Assembly (NCBI GenBank): GCA_022646745.1 | Contig: CP060262.1 | Coordinates: forward strand, 1,410,001 to 1,442,000 | Direction of reading: 5' to 3' | DNA length: 32,000 bases | Source: Planctomycetales bacterium | Lineage (GTDB): Bacteria > 4484-113 > JAFGCY01 | Part shown: positions 16,702-25,280 of the stretch, one piece after another | Position numbering within the stretch: position 1 is the first letter of the stretch | Layout of the letters: each line of letters opens with the position of its first letter | The notes under the pieces: generated by a model | The model's database searches: none | The model's input: only the letters and a program-made list of their open reading frames with translations | Told to the model about the DNA's origin: nothing | Translations under genes and position numbers: made by a program

Positions 16702-19533
16702 CTAGATGCTCTCCCCAAGGAAATACCCGACCGCCGACAGGTCCACCTCGTTGACGATGCCGTCGAGGTTGCTGTCGTAGAAGGGCAGGTAGCCAGGGCT
16801 GGTCTTCAGCAGGCCGTGCTTGCTGTGGATCAGGTCGTAGTCCACCATGTCCACGTCGTTGTCAGCGTCGGCATCGCCGGGCAGGTTGAAGATCCAGCAG
16901 GGGATCGTCGTGACCGGGCCCTGGTTGCCACCGGCGTCATAGACGTACACATTCAGCTGCGCCGCCTGGTTGGGCAGGCCGGGCACGTTGATCAGGCCGT
17001 CGAACACGCCGCCGCTCTCCACATCGACGATGGTGTCCAGGCCGGGCACCAGCTCACCGAAGGGGGCGACGTCCAGCCAGTAGCGCACCTTGCTCACGTC
17101 CACCGGGTTCTCCACGCTGACGGCGAACTGCTGCAGGTTCGGCGCCAGGCCGACGCTGCTGCCCGGAATGAAGTCCACGCCGTCGATGCTCGGGAAGTCC
17201 TCCTGGTAGGCGCGGCCGACGGTGATGTCGTCCAGCCACCAGCCGGTGGCTTCACCGGTGTCCTCGCCGGCGCCGCTGGCATCGGACTCGAAGAAGAACA
17301 GCACACGCACGGTCTTGCCGGCGAAGGCCGACATGTCAACCGCCGCCGTGCTCCAGCCCGGCAGGTAGCCGCTCCAGTAGCTGTCCTTGCTGACGCCCTT
17401 CAGCTTGCCGGGGCTGTAGCTCGCGCCCTCGTCGTCAGTCACGAGCACCCAGGCGCGGTCCTTCTCGCTGCCACCGTTCTCGATGTTGAAGTGGTGGTGG
17501 AACACCAGGCTCGGGTCGGAGATGCCCTTGAAGCTGATCCGGCGGCTGATCAGCGCGTCGGTCTCGAAGGGGCTGTATGAGTTGAAGTCGTTGACAATGT
17601 GCTGCGCGAAAGCGCCGCTGTTGGTCTGGCCGGCCTGGTCCTTCCACAGCGCGGAGCCGTTGGCACGCACCGTGCCGCTGCTCCAGCCCGCCTGCTGCTT
17701 GACGGCATCCATCAGCGCATCGTTGTAGTAGCGGAAGTCCGCCGGGTAGAAGTCACGCTCGGGGTCCTCGAAGTCCTCCTGCAGCGGGAAGGTGGCCGGA
17801 GAGTTGTCAACGATCACGTCCAGCGAGCGCGAGACGGGCTGGCCGTCGATCACCGTGCTGAAGCGCAGGTTGACACTCTCGAACAGGTAGTTGCTGAAAT
17901 CCACCGTGAAGTCCCAGGGCGCGCTCGTCAGCACCTGGGCCACTTCCTCATTCACGTAGAGCACCACGCTGTCCGGGCTGCCGGCCACGTTGATGCTGAA
18001 CTGCTTCGTGCCGCTGACGGTCAGGCTGTCCAAGAGCGGCAGCTCGATCGCCTCGGCGGCCAGCACCTCGAAGATGCCGGGCAGGTCCACACGGCGCACC
18101 GGGCTGGAGCCGGAGAAGCCGCTGGTCGGCTGGCCGGTGTCGTACATCATCGCGCGGATCTCTGAGTTGGTCAGGTCCGACTTGAAGCTCCACATCAGCG
18201 CGGCCACGGAGGCCACGATCGGGGCGCTGAAGCTGGTGCCCTGGCTGTTCGGCACATAGGCGCTGTCACCGGTCTCGCGGCAGCTCTTGAGCGAGTTGCC
18301 CGGGGCCGCCATGTCGACATAGGTGCCGAAGTTGCTGAAGCCGGCGCGTGCGTCATTGGTGCCGACGGAGGTGGAGCCTGTGCTGATCGAGTTGGTGTAG
18401 CTGCAGGGGTAGTGCGCGTCACTGGTGTTGTCATTTCCGGCTGCGCTGACGAAGATCCCGCCGTTGTTCCAGATGAAGTTGACCATCGCCTGTTCCTGCG
18501 GGACGGGGCCGCCGTAGCTGCCCCAGCTCAGGTTGATCACGTCCGCACCGAGGTTGAAGCCGAGGTAGCAGCCGTCGATGATCGAGCCGAGCGGGGCGGA
18601 GCCGCCGTTGGCGATCTTCACCGGCAGCACGCGGATGTCGGGGGCCACGCCGGTGATGGTGCGCCCGTTGTTGCCCTCCGCCGCCACGATGCCGGCAATG
18701 AAGGTGCCGTGGCCGTCGCCGTCGGAGATGTTCGTGTTGTCATTGATCACGTTCAGCTTCTCGCCGGGGAAGTCCGCCGAGGTGAAGCAGGCGCGGTTCA
18801 GCTCCTCGTGCGTGGTACGCACGCCGGTGTCCACCACCGCCAGCCAGACGTCGCTGGCACCGCGGGTGAAGTCCCAGCCGGTGGAGGCACCGATCTTGTG
18901 CAGGCTCCACTGCCCGCCGCTGCCGCCGTTCGAATTGCTCGACAGGTAGTCCGGGTCATTCGGGGTGAAGCAGGCCTGGTGCAGCGGCTCGTAGAATGCG
19001 TGCTCGACGGCCGGGGCCAGCGAGGCATCGCTGCGAATCGCCATGATGATGCCGGCGGCATCACTGCCGTCCGTCGTCTGGAAGCAGGCGAAATTGTTGT
19101 CAGCCACATAGAGCTGAGTGCGGATCTCCAGCCCATAGTCCTGGGCGATCTTGTCCGTCCAGGCGATGAACTGCGTGTTCTGCTTGTTGATTGCATTGCC
19201 CTGGCTGGCCGCACTGCTGCTGCCTGCGCCCGGGAGCTGGCTGCCGCCCTTGAGCGCCGGGGCCTGCGGGTCGTAGGCCACCATGATCCGGCTGGCGTCA
19301 TAGTCCGTGCCGGCAGTACCGGGACTGTTCTCCAGCCGCAGGTAGGCATCCGCATAGCTGATGCGCTCGCCGCCCTTGAGGTCGAAGTAGGTACCGGCCT
19401 CATCCATCCCACCGGCGGCGGTGTCGCGGCTGGCGGACTGATCGACGGAACTGGACTGTCCCGCGCAGGAGGCGAGCAGGATTGCAAGCAGCAGGAAGAC
19501 GCCCAGACGGGCCGATGTCATGACCAATTTCAT
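16702..19533 (-). CDS. S8 subtilisin-like serine protease lipoprotein with C-terminal dockerin-like Ca-binding repeats
   Basis: Catalytic triad motifs VAVVDTGV, DGHGTFIAG and GTSFSAPIVAS. N-terminal MKLVMTSARLGVFLLLAILLASCAG (lipobox LASC). C-terminus GDADADNDVDMVDYDL...YDSNLDGIVNEVDLSAV. Confidence 0.9.
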   Translation of the reverse strand: MKLVMTSARLGVFLLLAILLASCAGQSSSVDQSASRDTAAGGMDEAGTYFDLKGGERISYADAYLRLENSPGTAGTDYDASRIMVAYDPQAPALKGGSQLPGAGSSSAASQGNAINKQNTQFIAWTDKIAQDYGLEIRTQLYVADNNFACFQTTDGSDAAGIIMAIRSDASLAPAVEHAFYEPLHQACFTPNDPDYLSSNSNGGSGGQWSLHKIGASTGWDFTRGASDVWLAVVDTGVRTTHEELNRACFTSADFPGEKLNVINDNTNISDGDGHGTFIAGIVAAEGNNGRTITGVAPDIRVLPVKIANGGSAPLGSIIDGCYLGFNLGADVINLSWGSYGGPVPQEQAMVNFIWNNGGIFVSAAGNDNTSDAHYPCSYTNSISTGSTSVGTNDARAGFSNFGTYVDMAAPGNSLKSCRETGDSAYVPNSQGTSFSAPIVASVAALMWSFKSDLTNSEIRAMMYDTGQPTSGFSGSSPVRRVDLPGIFEVLAAEAIELPLLDSLTVSGTKQFSINVAGSPDSVVLYVNEEVAQVLTSAPWDFTVDFSNYLFESVNLRFSTVIDGQPVSRSLDVIVDNSPATFPLQEDFEDPERDFYPADFRYYNDALMDAVKQQAGWSSGTVRANGSALWKDQAGQTNSGAFAQHIVNDFNSYSPFETDALISRRISFKGISDPSLVFHHHFNIENGGSEKDRAWVLVTDDEGASYSPGKLKGVSKDSYWSGYLPGWSTAAVDMSAFAGKTVRVLFFFESDASGAGEDTGEATGWWLDDITVGRAYQEDFPSIDGVDFIPGSSVGLAPNLQQFAVSVENPVDVSKVRYWLDVAPFGELVPGLDTIVDVESGGVFDGLINVPGLPNQAAQLNVYVYDAGGNQGPVTTIPCWIFNLPGDADADNDVDMVDYDLIHSKHGLLKTSPGYLPFYDSNLDGIVNEVDLSAVGYFLGESI

Positions 19534-19741
19534 ATCCTCACAGCGATGATGCCCTAAGATGCCTGTCAAAGGGATATTGCCCGGTTACCAGCCGGTATTG
19601 CCTCGGCGCACGTGTCAGGGCGCCGGCGGGCACAGTTTAGACTACCGGCCCCGGCTGGTGTTCCATTTATACCTTATAGATTTGCAGCAATCAATATTCC
19701 CCGGAAAGCTTTAGCCGGATGTGAGCCGGGCTCCACCCCGC

Positions 19742-19747
19742 TATAAT
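19742..19747 (+). promoter_or_regulatory. candidate -10 box (TATAAT) 8 nt upstream of the gltX ATG
   Basis: gcTATAATctgcgcctATG. No Shine-Dalgarno in between, suggesting a leaderless or near-leaderless transcript. Confidence 0.35.
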
Positions 19748-19755
19748 CTGCGCCT

Positions 19756-21213
19756 ATGGCTGGAACACTGAGAGTCCGATTCGCCCCGTCACCGACGGGC
19801 TACCTGCACACCGGTGGCGCGCGCACCGCTCTGTTCAACTACCTCTGGGCCAAGGGCCAGGGCGGCGTGTTCATCCTGCGCGTGGAGGACACCGACGAGG
19901 AGCGCTCCACCGAGGAAAGCATGCGCGCGATCCTCGACGGCCTGCAGTGGCTCGGGATCATGTGGGACGAGGGGCCGGACCCGAAGCAGTTCGGCGAGTC
20001 CATCGGGCCCTTCCCGCCCTACTACCAGAGCATGCGCCGCCCGCTGCACCAGGAATACATGAAGAAGCTCTGGGACGCGGGGCATGTGTTCTACTGTCCG
20101 GCAACGGCTGAGGAAATGACTGGCCCGGACGGCAAGAAGCTGACCTTCTCCCCCTACCGCGACATCACGAGAGAGGAGCAGGAGAAGCGGCTGGCTGCCG
20201 GCGAGGTGATGCCGGTGCGCTTCCGCTGCCCACGTGATGTGGAGGTCAGCTGGGAGGATGCCGTGCGAGGCAAGGTTACGTTCAGCAGCAATGAGGTCGG
20301 CGACTTCGTGCTGTTCAAGGGCAACGGCCAGCCGTTGTACAACTTCGTCGTGGTCTGTGATGACATCGACATGCAGATCACGAACGTGCTGCGCGGCGAG
20401 GACCACATCTCCAACACCCCGAAGCAGATCCTCTTGCATGAGGCGCTTGGGCATACCCCGCCGGAGTTCGGGCATGTGCCGCTGATCGTCGGGATGGACC
20501 GCCAGAGGTTGTCAAAGCGCCACGGTGCCACGGCGGTGGATGCCTACGAGGAGCAGGGTGTGCTGCCGGAGGCGATGGTGAACTTCCTCGCGCTGATCGG
20601 CTGGGCACCTGGGGATGACCGCGAGAAGATGACGCTCGAGGAGATGAAGCAGGCCTTCGATCCGCACCGCTGCACCAAGGCGGCGGGGGCTTTCAACCCT
20701 GACAAGCTGAAATTCTTCAATGAGCTGTACATCCGCGAGCTGTCGCCGGATGCGCTGCTGGAGCGCCTGCGCCGCTTCATCCCGCCTGTCTGGCTTGAGC
20801 ACCGCGGTGAGGACTATGCAAAGCATGTGTTCACCCTGTTCCAGGAGAAGATCGCCTACCTGAACGAGATGGAGGCAAATGCCTGGTATTTCTTCCGCGA
20901 CCCCGTCGAGGCTGACAACAACGAGAAGAGCGTTGCCAAGTTCCTCACGGAGAATGAAAGTGCGAAGCAGGTGTTGTCCGAGATCGCAGCCGGGATGGAA
21001 GCGCTGGGCGATGGCGAGTGGACCGAGGAGAAGCTGGCCCCGATCGTGGACGGCTTCGTGGAGTCAAGCGGACTCGGGCGTGGCAAGGTGATGCAGCCCT
21101 GGCGCGTGGCCCTGACGGGCGATGCGATCAGCCCTGGCTTCTACGACCTCGTTGTCACGCTCGGCAAGGAGACGGTGCTGCGCCGCGTACAGCCCTGGAT
21201 CGACAGGCTGTAG
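19756..21213 (+). CDS. gltX: glutamate--tRNA ligase
   Basis: RFAPSPTGYLHTGGARTALFNY (HIGH-type motif), RLSKRHG (KMSKS-type motif), 485 aa. Confidence 0.95.
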   Translation: MAGTLRVRFAPSPTGYLHTGGARTALFNYLWAKGQGGVFILRVEDTDEERSTEESMRAILDGLQWLGIMWDEGPDPKQFGESIGPFPPYYQSMRRPLHQEYMKKLWDAGHVFYCPATAEEMTGPDGKKLTFSPYRDITREEQEKRLAAGEVMPVRFRCPRDVEVSWEDAVRGKVTFSSNEVGDFVLFKGNGQPLYNFVVVCDDIDMQITNVLRGEDHISNTPKQILLHEALGHTPPEFGHVPLIVGMDRQRLSKRHGATAVDAYEEQGVLPEAMVNFLALIGWAPGDDREKMTLEEMKQAFDPHRCTKAAGAFNPDKLKFFNELYIRELSPDALLERLRRFIPPVWLEHRGEDYAKHVFTLFQEKIAYLNEMEANAWYFFRDPVEADNNEKSVAKFLTENESAKQVLSEIAAGMEALGDGEWTEEKLAPIVDGFVESSGLGRGKVMQPWRVALTGDAISPGFYDLVVTLGKETVLRRVQPWIDRL

Positions 21214-21215
21214 GA

Positions 21216-21275
21216 GGTCAGTCCCGCGAAGCAGGACTGACCAGGGGTGCTGCATCCCGCCGCAGGCGGATGCAG
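21216..21275 (+). terminator. two consecutive 8-9 bp hairpins after gltX (no U tract)
   Basis: ggtcagtcc-cgcgaagca-ggactgacc (21216-21242) and ctgcatcc...ggatgcag (21250-21275). Confidence 0.4.
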
Positions 21276-21291
21276 TGGTCGCATTGCCAAC

Positions 21292-21319
21292 GGAGGCGCG
21301 CAACTTGCTTGCGCGCAAT
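21292..21319. repeat. family E hairpin repeat, copy 2
   Basis: ggaggcgcgcaacttgcttgcgcgcaat. Confidence 0.8.
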
Positions 21320-21365
21320 GTGGCGCAGCAATCATTCTCAGTGTCGCAATCCTGTCAACCATATC

Positions 21366-21393
21366 ATTGTGCGCAAGCGAGTTGCGCACCTCC
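21366..21393. repeat. family E hairpin repeat, copy 3 (inverted)
   Basis: attgtgcgcaagcgagttgcgcacctcc. Its reverse complement ggaggtgcgcaactcgcttgcgcacaat matches copy 2 at 25 of 28 positions. Confidence 0.8.
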
Positions 21394-21465
21394 AGACTTA
21401 CTTCTGCCTGTTGGCTCCTGCCTTTTGCCTGTTGCCCGATCCTTCAGCATGCGATAATCCCTTCC

Positions 21466-23088
21466 ATGCTGCGACTCCCCCTCCGCCTGCTTGTCATCTG
21501 CTGCGCGTTGACTGCCACTGCCTTCGCGCAGGAACCTGCCCCGCGCGACATCGTCACCGATGGCTGCAGCCTGGTCTCACCCTTCAATGTGATGAGCGCC
21601 ACTGTTGCCACATCCGAAAACCTCTACCCCTTGATCTGGGGCAGTGAACTGGCCAGTTCCAGCGATACCCGCGGCCTGCAGGGCACCAAGCCCGCCCCGG
21701 CCTGGCTCGGTACTTACGGCAGCGGGCGCGTCGCCATCTGGGACGGGCACCCGGCATTCTTCACCGCCGGTGCCGACGGACGTGATGACAACGACCGGTT
21801 GCGCACCCAGCTGATTGACTGGCTGCGGGATGGCGGCAGCGTGGCCTTCGCCCGCGGGCATGGAGAGAAGCCGATGGGCGAGGTGTTCAGCGGCGTGCCA
21901 TGGCAGCACCTGCTTGACGGCAGCGCCGAACCGCATGAAATTGATGGCGAGCTGACAACGGAGAATCTTGCTGGCAGCGGGCTGCTGGTGATCGGTTCCA
22001 GCTGGCAGCGCATCACTGAAAGTGAACTCGATGCCGTGGAGGATTATGTGCTCAACGGTGGCGGCCTGCTAGTGATCGGCATCGGCTGGGCCTACAGCGG
22101 TTATGCCGACGATCCCGACCCGGACCAGTACATCCCCAACCGGCTCGGTGAGCGCTTCGGCTGGCGGGTGCAGTTCAGCACCATCAAGGACCCCGGCTCG
22201 CCGATGGGCGAGGCCGGCACCCCGGCATTCAGTGTGCTGCCACTGGAACAGTACAATCCCGGCCGCATCGTGGTGATCTTGGAAGATCCTGACAGTGTGG
22301 TGCAGCGGGCCGCCGACAACCCGCAGGACATCTTCGTGGTGGAGGGGGAGCACACCGGGCTGTGCCTGCCGAATGAGTACTGGGGCCAGCTGGAATCCGT
22401 CGGCGGCATCATCGGGCTGTTTGATGAGATGTACGTGTCGCACAACCTGCTGATCGGCAATGCCAATCCACCCTACGATGGTGCGAAGCAGTGGTTTGTG
22501 CCCCAGCAGTCTGATGAGCCCGGCTGGTACATGCACAGTGGCAACCCGGTGGTCTACAAGCAGTACGCCGCGAAGGACATCGTGGAAACCTACAACAATG
22601 AGCACAGGCTGGGCTGGGGCATCGTGCATGAACTGGGGCACAACATGCACATCTCCAGCTGTGGCAACAACATGGTGCCGGACGGCACCGGAGAGAACTG
22701 GGCCAATGTCTGGAGCGTGTGGACCAACAACGCGATGGGCTGGCCGAACCATGAGAACTACGGCAGGGCAGGCGGGGACTACCACGAGCATCCGGACTAC
22801 GCGAAGCTCAGCTCTGACAACTGGATCCTGCTGGGCTGCCTGGACATGATCTGGCAACGCTACGGCTGGGACGGGATGCAGGCCTTCCTGACGGATGTGG
22901 CAACCCGGCGCGCAGCCGGGGAGAAGCTCAAGGACAATGCGGAGCGCCAGCGCCTGCTGATCGAGGGCATGAGCATCGGCTACGGCATCGACTTCTCGGA
23001 GCTGTTCGCCCACTGGGGCTTCCCCGTCAGCGACGAGACCCGTGAGCTGTTGTCAAAATACCCGAAGAACGACATCCCAATTCCATAG
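21466..23088 (+). CDS. secreted M60-like (enhancin-like) zinc metallopeptidase
   Basis: Signal peptide MLRLPLRLLVICCALTATAFAQE. HELGHNMH followed by E 18 residues later fits the gluzincin HExxH(8-28)E pattern I associate with M60-like peptidases. The track ORF's N-terminal extension (21247-21465) lies over repeats. Confidence 0.7.
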   Translation: MLRLPLRLLVICCALTATAFAQEPAPRDIVTDGCSLVSPFNVMSATVATSENLYPLIWGSELASSSDTRGLQGTKPAPAWLGTYGSGRVAIWDGHPAFFTAGADGRDDNDRLRTQLIDWLRDGGSVAFARGHGEKPMGEVFSGVPWQHLLDGSAEPHEIDGELTTENLAGSGLLVIGSSWQRITESELDAVEDYVLNGGGLLVIGIGWAYSGYADDPDPDQYIPNRLGERFGWRVQFSTIKDPGSPMGEAGTPAFSVLPLEQYNPGRIVVILEDPDSVVQRAADNPQDIFVVEGEHTGLCLPNEYWGQLESVGGIIGLFDEMYVSHNLLIGNANPPYDGAKQWFVPQQSDEPGWYMHSGNPVVYKQYAAKDIVETYNNEHRLGWGIVHELGHNMHISSCGNNMVPDGTGENWANVWSVWTNNAMGWPNHENYGRAGGDYHEHPDYAKLSSDNWILLGCLDMIWQRYGWDGMQAFLTDVATRRAAGEKLKDNAERQRLLIEGMSIGYGIDFSELFAHWGFPVSDETRELLSKYPKNDIPIP

Positions 23089-23373
23089 GGGAGGTGCGGC
23101 GCAAGTCGCACAGCGGAGGTCAGACAAAAGTCTGACAACAGAACCCAATGAAATTCTCACAACGGTTAGCACAGGGAATTCTCCGGCTAGCCGCCTGACA
23201 TCCCGGGTGGGGATTGCAGCGCAGCTGCGATCCACGGGCGGGGATGGCAAACAGGCAGGCGGCGAGGCGAGATGGGCATCAGCAATCTGCAGTCAGTGTT
23301 CTCTGTCCCTCGGTGGTACATCATCTTTATCTGGACAATATGAACCCGGAACATGTACCGGCGCGGCCCTGCA

Positions 23374-23429
23374 GCGCCTGGGAGTGCATGCAGGTAAGCA
23401 ATGAGCAATGAAGAATGAGCAATGAAGCC
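23374..23429. repeat. dispersed repeat family A, copy 2
   Basis: See 10054..10108. Confidence 0.8.
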
Positions 23430-23509
23430 AATTTTCCTTCTTTTCCTTCGCGCCTTGGCGTTAAGGAAAACCGTTGATGCCTCTTCGTTGCCACTTTGGT
23501 TGCTGCGTG

Positions 23510-23818
23510 TCACTTGAACCGGCCGCCGGTGACAATCTCCACCACTTCGGATTTGAGCGTGCTTAGTTCGCCTTCCTCCAGCTGGTGCCCGAGCAGTCCT
23601 TCCAGCTCAGTTCGCATCTGCGGACTGCACTGGATCTCCCCTTCGAACCAGTTGTCCCAGCCGAAGCGGATCTCCTCACCCGGCCGCTCGAGGATGTACA
23701 GGTCGTAGTCAATCCCCTTGTCGAACATGTCGTAGGAGAACACGCATTTCCAGCCAGTGTCAACGCAGTGCGCCAGCAGGCGGTTCCATTCATCCGTGAC
23801 AATCCCGGTCAGGTTCAC
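23510..23818 (-). CDS. hypothetical small protein (about 102 aa), start uncertain
   Basis: The coding-looking part of track ORF 23510..24157 is ...DEWNRLLAHCVDTGWKCVFSYDMFDKGIDYDLYILERPGEEIRFGWDNWFEGEIQC.... In-frame GTG at 23818, no convincing SD. The upstream part of the track ORF runs through repeat family B and word repeats. Confidence 0.4.
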   Translation of the reverse strand: MNLTGIVTDEWNRLLAHCVDTGWKCVFSYDMFDKGIDYDLYILERPGEEIRFGWDNWFEGEIQCSPQMRTELEGLLGHQLEEGELSTLKSEVVEIVTGGRFK

Positions 23819-23911
23819 AGAATGATTATGGGACAGGGAAGAAGATGTTGGCAAACAGTGCCTGCCGCATGAAGGCCAGCCTTTGGACCGATTGGTGGAT
23901 TCTGAGTTTTC

Positions 23912-23949
23912 GCTGTGGACCTCTGTGGATCTCTGTGTTGTGAGAAAAC
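23912..23949. repeat. dispersed repeat family B, copy 3
   Basis: gctgtggacctctgtggatctctgtgttgtgagaaaac. Confidence 0.75.
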
Positions 23950-24235
23950 GGTCTGGACAAACACAGAGTTCCAAAGAGATCAACGGAGAATCACTTGATT
24001 TAACCCATTCGCAGTCGAACTCATGCGAGCCACTACCGCTGAAGCGGATAGCTCCGCATCCCTCATCCCGCATCCCACATCCCCGATCTGTACTGCTCAA
24101 GATTCCACTTTCTGAATCTGTTATGTCCGTCCCATCGGCGTGATCATCTCCCTGCATGAACCTGCCGGCCCGGGCTGCGTAATATTTCCCCGTGCCAAGT
24201 CAGTGCGGGCTGGCGGTTCTGCCCAGGACCATCAC

Positions 24236-24952
24236 ATGAGCACAATCTGCATCAGTACCACTCCAAGCCGCCGCGCCAGCTTCACCGCCGGCCTGCTGGA
24301 TGTCGCGCCGATCCTGCTCAGTGCGCTGCCCTTCGGCATCATCTGCGGTGTCGGCGCGCTCGAAGCGGGCATGTCCGCCGGCCAGGCCGTGCTGTTCAGC
24401 TTCGCCGTGTTCGCCGGCAGCTCGCAGCTGATCGCCACGCAGTTCATTGCCAGCGGTGCCCCGACCGCCGTGGTCGTGCTCGCGGCCCTCGCCGTCAACC
24501 TGCGCTTCCTGATGTACTCCGCCGCAATCTCCCCCGAGTTCTCCCGGCGCAGCCTCTCCGAAAAGCTCGGCCTGTCCTACCTGCTGACGGACCAGGCCTT
24601 CGCCATATCCATGCGCGCCTTCAACCAGGACCGCACAGGGCTCAGGCGCATCAGCTACTACATGGGTGCCGCGCTCGGCCTGCTCGCGGCCTTCCAGCTT
24701 GGCAACCTGCTCGGCATTTCGCTGGGCGGCAGCCTGCCGGCCGGCTGGGGCATCGACTTCAGCGTTCCGCTTATCTTCTGCGCGCTGCTGACCACCGCCA
24801 TCCGCAACCGCTCCATGGCACTCGCCGCCGTTATCGCCGCGCTGGGCAGCATGCTGCTGTGCGGCCTGCCATACATGCTCGGTGTGTTCATCTCGGCTGT
24901 GCTGGCGATCATCGTCGGCTATGCCCATGCGGAGCGCAGCCATGCAGCCTGA
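24236..24952 (+). CDS. azlC: AzlC-family branched-chain amino acid permease subunit
   Basis: Polytopic membrane protein with AzlC-like FAGSSQLIA segment. Its stop overlaps the start of the next small membrane gene. Trimmed to ATG 24236. Confidence 0.8.
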   Translation: MSTICISTTPSRRASFTAGLLDVAPILLSALPFGIICGVGALEAGMSAGQAVLFSFAVFAGSSQLIATQFIASGAPTAVVVLAALAVNLRFLMYSAAISPEFSRRSLSEKLGLSYLLTDQAFAISMRAFNQDRTGLRRISYYMGAALGLLAAFQLGNLLGISLGGSLPAGWGIDFSVPLIFCALLTTAIRNRSMALAAVIAALGSMLLCGLPYMLGVFISAVLAIIVGYAHAERSHAA

Positions 24953-25280
24953 GCTCCTGCAGTTCGCCACGGTGACGCTGTGCGTCGGTGCCGGCACCCT
25001 CGCCCTGCGCTCGGCCTTCATCCTGCCGGGATCAGCCGCCCGCCTGCCGGAAGGCTTCCGCCGCGCCCTGGCCTTCGTGCCCGCCGCCGTGTTCGCCGGC
25101 CTGCTGGTGGCCAGCCTGCATCCCGAGCGCGTGATCCATCCCGGAGACCCGGTGCAGCTGCGCCTGCCGGCGATGCTGATTGCCACACTGGTGGCGCTGC
25201 GCACCAAGAGCATCCTCTGGACGATCCTCAGCGGCATGGGCAGCCTCTGGCTGCTCAGCTGGCTGGCAACACTGCTCTGA
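24942..25280 (+). CDS. azlD: AzlD-family small membrane protein
   Basis: 112 aa hydrophobic protein. ATG 24942 overlaps the azlC stop (ATGCAGCCTGA), the typical azlCD coupling. Confidence 0.75.
   Translation: MQPELLQFATVTLCVGAGTLALRSAFILPGSAARLPEGFRRALAFVPAAVFAGLLVASLHPERVIHPGDPVQLRLPAMLIATLVALRTKSILWTILSGMGSLWLLSWLATLL

Noticed and set aside
18412-19557. 381 aa plus-strand ORF (and 16816..17580, 17599..18165)
   Set aside because: They are antisense to the S8 protease, which has a complete catalytic triad.
22069-23013. 314 aa minus-strand ORF
   Set aside because: It is antisense to the M60-like peptidase gene.
23819-24157. N-terminal extension of track ORF 23510..24157
   Set aside because: This part is translated from repeat family B and catccc-type word repeats, so it is unlikely to be coding.
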